In this document: positions 40,040 through 48,900 of the stretch, piece by piece
Layout: each line of letters opens with the position of its first letter
How positions within the stretch are numbered: position 1 is the first letter of the stretch
NCBI GenBank assembly: GCA_963676915.2
Contig: CAXXVK010000059.1
Coordinates: 1-64,000, forward strand
DNA: 64,000 bases
Direction: 5' to 3'
DNA from: Myxococcota bacterium
GTDB taxonomy: Bacteria; Myxococcota_A; SURF-8; G963663525
Position numbers and translations under genes: made by a program
Notes under the pieces: generated by a model
Databases searched by the model: none
What the model was told of the DNA's origin: nothing
Seen by the model: only the letters and a program-made list of their open reading frames with translations

Positions 40040-40537
40040 TTAAGAATAGTCACTATCCAGCACCTTTTTCAATATGGCTTTGATTTCTTTTTTCTTGACG
40101 GTTTTTGCCATCATTTTGCCAATGGCTGGAAGGATATCATGCTCATGAACACGGCTATATTCAGAATAGGTTCTGGCCGCTCGGTTCGGTTTGATAACCT
40201 CTTCCAAGTATTGCTCTGACAGATCTTCGATTACCTGCGATTTTATCTTTTCGATACGTTGATTCAGAGGAACGGTCGCCGGATCATACCCCTGCTCAAG
40301 TCTTCGCACTGCATCACCATAAGCAGCGTGAGCCTTGGCGACTGTCATTTCTGGGTACTGCCCGAGTGTAAGCATTCTGGATTTGTTGTTGTACCGATAC
40401 ATGAAAATCCAGGATCTACGTCCAGTTGGAAAGATCCTAATGCCAAGATTTCCAAAACCGTAAGAATTCTCCTCCCAAACGTTGTAACGCTTGTCTCTTG
40501 GTTTCAGGCTAGAGATCTGTTTATCGGTGAATTTCAT
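40040..40537 (-). pseudogene. Truncated P4-like tyrosine integrase (arm-binding domain and part of the core-binding domain only)
   Basis: FTDKQI..LKP, LGIRIFPTGRRSWIFMYR, LTLGQYPEMTVAKA and G.DP. Stops at 165 aa with no catalytic domain. Adjacent to attR. Confidence 0.85.
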
Positions 40538-40706
40538 AATCAGTTGGTCTATTCGGGCTAGCACTGGGCTAGCATTTACAGGGTTGCAGTGGGTGAAAAC
40601 CAATGACACGGCATGAATACATAATACAGATAACATGTTGTAATTGCAAGTAATTCTAAAAACCTTCTGAATGCCATTGAAAGTCTATGAAATGCCATAG
40701 CTACTA

Positions 40707-40771
40707 ATTCGTAATCAGCAGGTCAGGAGTTCAAGTCTCCTCGTTAGCTCCAGTAAAATCAAGCACTTACG
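40707..40771 (+). repeat. attR (duplicated tRNA-Thr 3' half)
   Basis: ATTCGTAATCAGCAGGTCAGGAGTTCAAGTCTCCTCGTTaGCTCCAGTAAA..CAAGCACTTACG, followed by its own terminator hairpin. Confidence 0.9.
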
Positions 40772-41114
40772 GCTTCGGCAGTAAGTGCTTTTTTTATTCC
40801 GTCGTGCATCCGTCGTACAGGGGAAGGGATTTGGGGCAAACTATTTTTCAGGTTTGTCCTTGGATTGGTGGGGTGTACGTTCATTTGTGCGGTCTTGTAC
40901 GTTCATTCAAGAAAACAGATTACTCGCCTTCCTGAGCAAATTTACTCAATACATTGAGAATTCTGTAGCTGGTGCCAGTGGGAACCAATACTGCTGTAAA
41001 CGTTTTTCTTGCAAAGTACCTATTCGTAACTGTTTTTCACGTCTTGTAATCGTTTTTCTCGGAAACTCGTTCGATGATGGAAAAATTGCAACCAGATATC
41101 AAGAAGTGGATGCA

Positions 41115-41693
41115 CTATTGTCCAGTAGGCAATTTTCTATCGGCATTCTGGATCTGGCGGCGAGTGATCAGCCCCCGCTTAAGTGCTTCGGAAATAGCCT
41201 GCTCCAGAAGATCCCTAGGAAACGCTTCATCACCGGCAACATCCAGGATCGTTCGCATGGGGGGCGTCACAGCAACGCCGTGCATTTGCTGAATATCGGA
41301 TGGTGAAAGATCGGCAACATGAAGATGGAGAATATTCGGGATCTCGCTGTTGCGTCGAAATCCCTTCGGTACAATCATGTGGAGCCGGTCCGGATTGACA
41401 TCACTGAGATCGTGCAGCGCGAGGGCCGTGTCGTACGAGTAAACACCCTGGGGCTCTTCATTGCGGTTACGTGACCAGAGGTACCAGAGCATCAGATCTG
41501 GACGTTCGGTCTGGGGGTAGTTCGCCAGTCGGTAAATCCCCCGGTGCTCCCGGATCCAGTTACCCATTTCGACATGGTAGCCGATGGATTGTTCAAAGTA
41601 TCCCACGTCTTTCGCCTGTTTGGCCGTAAAGAAGCCCTGCTGGGCATCGGCAATATCGAACAGGCGTTTTGCTGTTTCAGTACTATCTCTCAT
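41115..41693 (-). CDS. Type IV TA AbiEi-family antitoxin (orphan)
   Basis: AQQGFFTAKQA, RGIYRL, VYSYDTALALHDLSD..P and VT...RTILD. Confidence 0.82.
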   Translation of the reverse strand: MRDSTETAKRLFDIADAQQGFFTAKQAKDVGYFEQSIGYHVEMGNWIREHRGIYRLANYPQTERPDLMLWYLWSRNRNEEPQGVYSYDTALALHDLSDVNPDRLHMIVPKGFRRNSEIPNILHLHVADLSPSDIQQMHGVAVTPPMRTILDVAGDEAFPRDLLEQAISEALKRGLITRRQIQNADRKLPTGQ

Positions 41694-41763
41694 TGCATAT
41701 TCCTCAAACTATCTTTGAGGATTATGCTTAGTTGAGCGCAAATTCCAACGAATAGACCTTCTT

Positions 41764-42354
41764 TTAGGGATTGGGAAGAGTGCAGCAAAGCCGAATTACA
41801 ATAGTCTGCAGGATAGTTTCGGGCGAATCATGATCAGTTGAAAGAGGTGGAAGAACAGTGCATGGAAGTCTGCGCGCCAGCTGTTCCGCATGATCGCTTA
41901 CCTTCAAAAAGAACTGCATCAATTCCGTTGTTGGTCCTTGCTCACTCAGTCTTCGGCTCAAGGTATCAGTATCTATCCGTAATGGTTGAATCAATACTTT
42001 CTTCTCTATCGCACTTAGGAACCTCTGAATGACCGATAGATAGTGCAAATAGACATCCCTGTTTCGCATGGCGGCATAAGCGAGGTTTCCCGGATGCCAT
42101 GTTTCAACGATACGGGGGGCTTTGCATAACACGTCGCGAGCAATCTCTTCCTCGATGACCTTGCGGTCGAAAAGTGCTTCACTGTTGGCTGCGTGCGTTC
42201 CATCCGGTTTGGTCTGTTCAATTTCTCGATAGTAGCGCCCTATCTCGTCTTCAAAGGGAACTCCCAACCTTTCCGACAACATTTTTCCCAGTGTCGTCTT
42301 GCCGCTACCATGAGGTCCAATGAGGACCAAGATTGTATTTTCATACAGCTTCAT
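41764..42354 (-). CDS. P-loop nucleoside/nucleotide kinase-like protein
   Basis: LIGPHGSGKTT Walker A. ATGA overlap with the radical SAM gene. Confidence 0.75.
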   Translation of the reverse strand: MKLYENTILVLIGPHGSGKTTLGKMLSERLGVPFEDEIGRYYREIEQTKPDGTHAANSEALFDRKVIEEEIARDVLCKAPRIVETWHPGNLAYAAMRNRDVYLHYLSVIQRFLSAIEKKVLIQPLRIDTDTLSRRLSEQGPTTELMQFFLKVSDHAEQLARRLPCTVLPPLSTDHDSPETILQTIVIRLCCTLPNP

Positions 42355-43247
42355 ATTGCCTCCCACCATGTTAATACGTCTTCAGGATTTTCGACTTTTT
42401 TCATGTCGAAGGCTTGATCGCGGCGGAGCATGCAGGGTACGAGCAGACCGTCCGGCGTCAGACGCGCCGCATGAATGCCCTCTCTGCAAATCTTCCTTTG
42501 ACTGCAACTCTTGCACATGTGATAGGGGGCAAATTTTCCGAGCCGCTCGTGCTTGATCTCGACGATCATCTTACCGTAGTGGAGATGCTCAGTGGGCAGG
42601 CTGTAAGGGTCCGGGGCGACCACAATTTCATCAGGTCTTCCGAGAATGCGCTTCACGACCGCCTTCATGTCCTCAGGAGTCAGGTGTCCATTCAAGTCAT
42701 CCAGGGGATTCATGGTAGCGTTGTTCGACCGGGCCCAGTGCAACAGCTCGTGCAGATCACTAAAATCGCGTTCGCCCCGATAGACATAGTTTAGTTTGGG
42801 GTTGTAGGAGTGGGCAAGCAGATAGTCCAAGACGCGCATGCGCTGGTGGAATTGGCGATTGGAAGTTCCCGAACGGACGGCGGCTTCTTCCAGCGTGAAG
42901 CCGTGCAGGCTCAGGTTGATGCGGTCTAATCCGTTGGACAAGGCTGCTTTCACGACTTCCAGCGGTACGCAGCCGTTCGTGACTACAGAGAGGTCCGTAG
43001 TCGGAAAAACGTCGCGGATCTTACACAAGATGGAGATCAGGTGCGGATGTAAAAAAGCCTCACCTCCTAGGAGCTTGATTTTGCCGAGCAGCATCTCGGA
43101 TAACAGGTTCAGCCAGCGACCGAGATCCTCTGGCACCATGTCGGATTTCGGTTTCACATCGGCTCCCTCGCGGTGACAGTAGTTGCATTTCAGACCGCAG
43201 CGCTCCGTAATCTGAATGCGCAGGTAGCGGGGAATAGGGTTCAGCAT
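42351..43247 (-). CDS. MoaA-like radical SAM enzyme (not canonical MoaA)
   Basis: YLRIQITERCGLKCNYCH, KIKLLGGE, VTNG, RINLSL, KLN and C-terminal CKSC-x5-C...RLTPDG.L.PC. No terminal GG motif. Confidence 0.85.
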   Translation of the reverse strand: MLNPIPRYLRIQITERCGLKCNYCHREGADVKPKSDMVPEDLGRWLNLLSEMLLGKIKLLGGEAFLHPHLISILCKIRDVFPTTDLSVVTNGCVPLEVVKAALSNGLDRINLSLHGFTLEEAAVRSGTSNRQFHQRMRVLDYLLAHSYNPKLNYVYRGERDFSDLHELLHWARSNNATMNPLDDLNGHLTPEDMKAVVKRILGRPDEIVVAPDPYSLPTEHLHYGKMIVEIKHERLGKFAPYHMCKSCSQRKICREGIHAARLTPDGLLVPCMLRRDQAFDMKKVENPEDVLTWWEAI

Positions 43248-43828
43248 ACCGCCACCTCCTGCATCATGCCCATAGCGAGCTCAACCACTTCCTTTGGAGC
43301 GAGTTCAGTGGTATCGATGGAAATGACCCGCCCATGATATTCTTGCTGAAGCTCAGCTTGGTAGATCGTGCATAGTCGATCCGCCCGTTCCAGACTGTCA
43401 CGGTCGATGCGGGTGGTCTTATCGCGACCACGTATGCGCTGGTCCCTGACATCGGCGCCTGCCGTCAGAAAGAGCGTGACATCCGGCGTGAGGCAGTCAC
43501 GTTCCAGAGCATCTCGGCAAGGCTCGAACCCACCCAGGCGAGCGTATGCGATCGTGCTCGCCAGGTAACGGTCCATGACGTCCGAACGGCCACCAAGAAG
43601 AAGCTCCTGCGCCCTAACGCTAGCTCTCAGTACAGTGGAAGCGTAATAGTAAAAGCGCGCCGGGTAGATATCGGCAAGGTTGCTGTCGATCGTATCCCGC
43701 ACCGCTGATAATTCTTTGGGCGGCGTGGTCAGCAGCTCCGCCTTCAGCGATGTGGCCAGTAGATCAGCGACGGTCGATTTTCCCACTCCGTCCAGCCCTT
43801 CCACTACAACGAAGATCGGTTTCAGCAT
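43241..43828 (-). CDS. Thymidylate-kinase-fold NMP kinase (CMPK2-like)
   Basis: VVVEGLDGVGKST, LL.TPP, FYY, MDRYLASTIAY and PDVTLFL. Confidence 0.85.
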   Translation of the reverse strand: MLKPIFVVVEGLDGVGKSTVADLLATSLKAELLTTPPKELSAVRDTIDSNLADIYPARFYYYASTVLRASVRAQELLLGGRSDVMDRYLASTIAYARLGGFEPCRDALERDCLTPDVTLFLTAGADVRDQRIRGRDKTTRIDRDSLERADRLCTIYQAELQQEYHGRVISIDTTELAPKEVVELAMGMMQEVAVC

Positions 43829-43831
43829 GGC

Positions 43832-44323
43832 TTACACCTCCTCTTCGCACGCTGCTTCGATAGCCACCACTTCCGCTTGCCGTGATTTGCCTGCGAGACT
43901 GATGACGACCTCGTCGCTGATTTCCTTGCCGATCAGGTATTGTCCGAGGGGCGCATTGTAGGCTACCCGATTTCTGGCGGGGTCGCTGTCGTCGTAGCTG
44001 CCGATCACGAGGCGACGTTCTTCCTCCTCGTCCTCGAACAGGATCGTGACCGCGCATCCTGGAGTGACCCGCTCCGGGTCGGTCGGCGGCACGATCAGGT
44101 CGACACGGGTTAGGATTTCCTCCATTTCTTTGATTCGGCGGGCAAGTTGGTGCATCTGACGCTGGTTTTCTTCGTAGGCGAAGTTGTCATGCCACACAGA
44201 ATTGTCACCGGCATCGGCGGCATCCTCGTTCGTGGCGGTAACGCTGAAGTAAGCCTCGCGTACTTTTGAATATTGGTCGTTGAAGCGGGCCAAGCCGCCC
44301 TTGGTCATGATATAGCGGTTCAT
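43832..44323 (-). CDS. GreA/GreB-family factor with atypical acidic tip
   Basis: MTKGGL, AADAGDNSVWHDNFAYEE, and C-terminal YNAPLGQYLIGKEISDEV. ATGA overlap with the upstream ORF. Confidence 0.85.
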   Translation of the reverse strand: MNRYIMTKGGLARFNDQYSKVREAYFSVTATNEDAADAGDNSVWHDNFAYEENQRQMHQLARRIKEMEEILTRVDLIVPPTDPERVTPGCAVTILFEDEEEERRLVIGSYDDSDPARNRVAYNAPLGQYLIGKEISDEVVISLAGKSRQAEVVAIEAACEEEV

Positions 44324-44601
44324 CTCCCACCTCCCTGCCAATGGGCTGGGACGGATCCATCCAACTTGTAAACGGTTTTGATCAATCCCTGCGGTGTTAG
44401 GATTACGACCAAACGCTTGAGCTTACCGCGGATTTCTGCGGGAAGGGCCTTCCACTCCGGCTTTGAATTTTTACTGGGTAGGAAATATGCGAGGTCACCT
44501 GACCCTGCGTAATACTCCCGTCCGAATGACAAGGCACAATCAATAGCGAAGTCTCGAATGCCGCGCTGTTGAGCTCGTATCTCTGAGTGTCTGCTTTTCA
44601 T
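44320..44601 (-). CDS. DUF4258-like small protein (RelE/BrnT-like fold candidate)
   Basis: SRHSEIRAQQRGI...G....LVVIL...IKTVY. RBS GGAGG. Confidence 0.65.
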   Translation of the reverse strand: MKSRHSEIRAQQRGIRDFAIDCALSFGREYYAGSGDLAYFLPSKNSKPEWKALPAEIRGKLKRLVVILTPQGLIKTVYKLDGSVPAHWQGGGR

Positions 44602-44697
44602 TTTCGCCTCCAGTTTTGTTTTTCTGAAGGCGATTTTCCTAGATTATCGAGGTGTTATTGAAAGTTTCCCAAAACGGCAGGGGAAGGGCTTGGAGCT

Positions 44698-45381
44698 TTA
44701 TTCGTCGGACTCATATTCTTCTGTAATTTTATGCACATATACTTGAACAGATGGTGCCTTTGCCGTCCGATCAACCCATTTAACGAATTCAGTAAAATTG
44801 TCTGGTTTCGGGTCTAGGTCGTCAACAGTATCGCTCGCGAACAGCCAGAAGGTCACTCGACCTTCTGAATCTTCAATTCTGTAGTCATCGACTTTACGTG
44901 GTTCGAAGGGCAGATCACTTACTGTATTTCTTTCGTCGGTCAAAATATGAAACTCTTCTTGATCATTGGTCGCCACAACCATCGCCCTTGCGGGAGTGGA
45001 AGTTAGATAGACCTTGATTCTGAATAGCCTCTTATCTTCGTCGTCCCGGATTAGATGTAGTCCCTCCGCATAGTCAATACATTGTGGAGTTCCACAAAGT
45101 GTTGCAACAGCCCTGAAAGTGGTAATGGGTTGGTCAAATACGGCCTTACCTTTTTCCCATAACGAAGTGACGAAAAAGGACAGTGTCTGGATTGATTCTG
45201 AACAGATGTGATCTTGCTTTTCCTGGTTCCATTCGAAGCCAAGATAGTCGAGCACATTCAGAATTCGATCATCCTGGCATCGGCCCAACCAGAGGTCAAC
45301 TTCGATCCGGTCTTCACGTGTGAGTTGTCCCCGAACAAGCTTGCGGAGGGTGGCAACATCTGGTGGAAGTTTGATAGGCAT
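44698..45381 (-). CDS. Hypothetical with degenerate zf-HC2 anti-sigma-like N-terminus
   Basis: PDVATLRKLVRGQLTREDRIEVDLWLGRC resembles L..Y..G.L...E...VE.HL..C..C. TGATG overlap with the upstream ORF. Confidence 0.5.
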   Translation of the reverse strand: MPIKLPPDVATLRKLVRGQLTREDRIEVDLWLGRCQDDRILNVLDYLGFEWNQEKQDHICSESIQTLSFFVTSLWEKGKAVFDQPITTFRAVATLCGTPQCIDYAEGLHLIRDDEDKRLFRIKVYLTSTPARAMVVATNDQEEFHILTDERNTVSDLPFEPRKVDDYRIEDSEGRVTFWLFASDTVDDLDPKPDNFTEFVKWVDRTAKAPSVQVYVHKITEEYESDE

Positions 45382-45998
45382 CAGGAAAAATTCTCCTTCC
45401 ACATTTCTATCGTTTTTGCAATCTCACGCTGCTCTGTTTCCGATAGAACCTCATCAATTTTCAGAAAATCCGTTATCGAACCACGAATGGCCAATGCAAT
45501 AAATGGTTCTTCGTGGATCGAGCAATCTCGACCAACCAACTCCATCACAGTGTCCTTGCTACCTTTAGCTGATTCGAGCCGTAATTCCCTTGCTGTTTTC
45601 CATTTTTCACCAAATCCAGGAGCACTCTTTAGTCTTCCCGCAAATGAGTAAGGTGGCTCATCCTTCTCAAACTTTGAAAAGTATACAGCAGTTATCGCAT
45701 CGAGGTACTCAGGTTTCCTAAAAATAGAAACATCGCCCAAAATCCCTTTCCAAACCACGCAATGCCGCCAAGCAGCCAGAAGTCCATATTTCGATCGATT
45801 GCCTTTAGTGAAATTAAGCATTTCAGAAGGCAGTTCAGTGTTAATTGGCTCAGGCTGAAATCCTAACACCCTTAAAGCCCGTTTAGCATGCCGAAACCAG
45901 ATTGGTCGCATGGCAGGACAGGTCGTATCCGCCATATCTCCGAGGGCGATAATGATTTCCCTGTAAAGTTTCTCTTTAGCAGAATCACTCATGTTCAC
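45381..45998 (-). CDS. Hypothetical protein between the CHAT and anti-sigma-like genes
   Basis: 205-aa ORF starting 1 bp after the CHAT stop and overlapping the next gene. Confidence 0.6.
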   Translation of the reverse strand: MNMSDSAKEKLYREIIIALGDMADTTCPAMRPIWFRHAKRALRVLGFQPEPINTELPSEMLNFTKGNRSKYGLLAAWRHCVVWKGILGDVSIFRKPEYLDAITAVYFSKFEKDEPPYSFAGRLKSAPGFGEKWKTARELRLESAKGSKDTVMELVGRDCSIHEEPFIALAIRGSITDFLKIDEVLSETEQREIAKTIEMWKENFS

Positions 45999-45999
45999 A

Positions 46000-48900
46000 T
46001 CAGTTCGCTATTGCGGATAGATCACTTGCCAATACTCTCCAACCAGCCCAGGTCCAGGGTGCTCGAAGTACATCCATTAATTTGTCAATTGCGGCGTCTG
46101 GTTGCTTTATCCATGCATCTTCCCGGCCCTGATTCTTTCGCTTGACAGGTCCAAGCATCACTTGGTCAAAAGAAACTATGGAAAAATCCTCGTATCTGAT
46201 GTGTGGAACATCGGGATCCAACCGTTGGTGAGAGGCTATTAGAGCTCCAACTATTGATCGTCTTTTTACCTCATCTCCATTAAAACCACCACTGATAGCG
46301 TTTTGGGCAAACTCGCGCAAAGTGCTTTCGAAAATTCCCTTTGCCGTCATCAAGTCACGGTACCAGAAGATGGCTTTACCGAGAGCACGTGCGTCTTCAG
46401 TTGCCGAATGAGAATTCTCCGCGAAACGGTTAAATGCATCGGCAATCAGTATTGCAGAAATTGGATGTTGCTTCCAGGATGATCCGATAACACGCTTGGC
46501 TCCTGCTACCAAGAAAGCTGTGGCTATCCCTCGTGGTTCATCAAAATCAAGTGAATAGCTTAGAGGGTCAAAATAATGTGCTGAATCGCAAGCCCAAAGT
46601 TCAACACGTGCGCACCTCGTCAGATCAGCACATCGAATTTCCGATATTCCCCAAGGAAAAATGATTGGCTCAGCCAGTTTCCTGTCGTCAAGCATGATGC
46701 CGCTGGCCGAATCTGGAAAATTGTAGTATTTCCCATGCGCAAAGATCTTTAGGTTCCTAGCCTGTGAAAACTGGCTTTCAAGTTCTATCCTGGCAGCCTC
46801 TGTATCCATACCATCTTTTGCGCAATGGGCTACTCTGGATGTATCCCTGGACAGAAGCGGACCTGCCAGATGCAGTATTGAATCATGATCTTTTGGCGTA
46901 CCAATGTACAGAACGTCAGTTGAGTTATCATCGCTGTTTGTAGATAGCCTTGCGGATAACGTATTCAGACGGATAATTGCTATGACCTCTGATAGTGTTT
47001 CTAGTCCAGTCGATATGGGAATCGCCTCCAAAGGCAATTCCCGTACTCCTTTTCGATCGAGGAGGACAAGCGAATGTATATCGTTTTCTTCCGTAATCTT
47101 GTGGAGTTTTTCTCCAATGGGAAGTAAGTCGGATAGGAGTTGATTCAACAAGTCATTGAACTCTTCAAGTGCTGATTCAGAAATTCCCAGAGACCTAAGC
47201 TTGGGCATGTATTTTAGAAGGTCATCTTCTAGGCCGGAAAAATGGTCTGGACTTATTATCGATCCAGTTTCAATATTTTGCACCGATTCGAAATCAATTC
47301 TACTCCGAACATCCATCAAACGATCCAAGGCCTCCAAAAGTTGGTCATTCTGATCGTTTGATTCTCCAAATACTGGTATTTCCCGGATTTCATGTCCATC
47401 CAATAGGAACAGACTTATCGTGGCATTTCGATTCTCGTTGTTATAACCACCAATCGTCAGGATTCCTGTACGGCTATTCTTCTCTAGCCAATTTATCAAT
47501 TCTTCAAGATCAAGTCTTGGAATTTTAAGATTTCCAGAAGGAAGGAATCCTTTTTCCTGCCCTTCCTTGAACAAATCACCCAGCAACGCCGCTTCTCGAA
47601 ACATCTCTTCTGTGGGATTCTTGTTTTGCTCTTGGGTAATATTTCCATCAGGGTTGAAATTGTAGTTGAAGCTCTCTATAGGTAACTTCTGAATACTTGA
47701 AAGGATTGGGTCGTTAACATCCAGAGCCAATTCATGGAAGTGGTGGTCGGCCCATTTTTCGAGGGTCACCCTAGTCCGGTACAAATTCATTCGCCAGACC
47801 GCTTCGCTATATGTTTTAACCTCGCCTTGACCATAAAACCCCATATCGCTCCGATAACAAGCGGCTCCGGACATTTCGGCGAGTTCGAGAAATTTTTCTG
47901 CAGATACTACTCGCTTATTTCTTGCTGGATCCAAGATGGAAAGAAAATTCATTTGCCTGGAAATCAACAACCTGTAAACATTTGGAAGCCTGACATCTAC
48001 CAGCTGAGACTCTAGATCAGCCAATCGTTTTGATAGGTAGGTGCTTAAAGCTTCATCTCCAATATTTTTAAGGTGCCGTTTTAAGAACATCCACTCTTGA
48101 ATAAGCACCACTTTGGTTTCTTTCAATCCAGTATCGAGAAGATTTATATGTTGCAAACATGTGCGAAGAGACGGCAATGCTTCACTTGGGTTTTCGCGAA
48201 TCGACATGAGGGCTGACGAAAGATGTCCAGCATCCGTTCGCCCCAGAATTCCGTTTCCTGCGATTCGCATGAGCAATGAGTCCAGACCTGTTCTTGGATC
48301 AACAGCAGTTTCAAGATTCGCTAGCTGTTCATAAACCTGGATATTTTGTGCGACGCCAGAGGTGTGACGTCTTGGGTGCTTTTTCAAAAGTGGTAGTATT
48401 CTGTCCGCAAGAAGTTTTAGCCTCTCTTCTTTTTCCTCTTCTGTTACTTCACCTCTCTGATGCAGGAAATGGATGTATTCACGTTTGGCATTGGAGAAAT
48501 TTAATTCCTTCTCAATGCGCTCAATTGACATGGGTTGCTTGCGATAGTATTCAGCCAAAGATTCTTCATGGATATCTATTGCATTGAGATAATATAGGTG
48601 TCGATCCTCATCATCTGTGCAGTTGTCAGCCAAGTACTTATAGGCGGAAGCCAGAGAGGACTGTGTCATCCAGAATTGGTTTGGACTATTTATTCTTTCC
48701 TGAATAGAATTCGCTTTTCGAAAGTATTCTACTGCCTTCTGCAAGTTTGACGTGCGGTCACCTGACGACTCATCCTTCATTGCTTCTGCAAGATTATGAA
48801 GAATCTGACCAAGAAGACCCGATAGATTTGGATCATACGTGTCGTCTAACATCCTCTCTGAAACAGATACGAGTTCTTGAAGTATTCCATTCCCCCAATC

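Larger units (their letters stand above)
24019..40771. mobile_element. Degenerate integrative element (satellite/IME-like) in tRNA-Thr
   Basis: Bounded by att repeats. Contains an integrase fragment beside attR, a D5/P4 helicase, an XRE regulator and a resolvase. Confidence 0.85.

Noticed and set aside
40707-40752. Second tRNA gene
   Set aside because: It lacks the 5' acceptor strand and D-arm. It is the att duplication.
42351-43247. Housekeeping moaA or canonical prokaryotic viperin
   Set aside because: There is no C-terminal GG and no moa/moe neighbours. The N-terminal motif is MoaA-like (YLRI.IT.RC) rather than viperin-like (N.H....CN..C.FC), so neither name is assigned.
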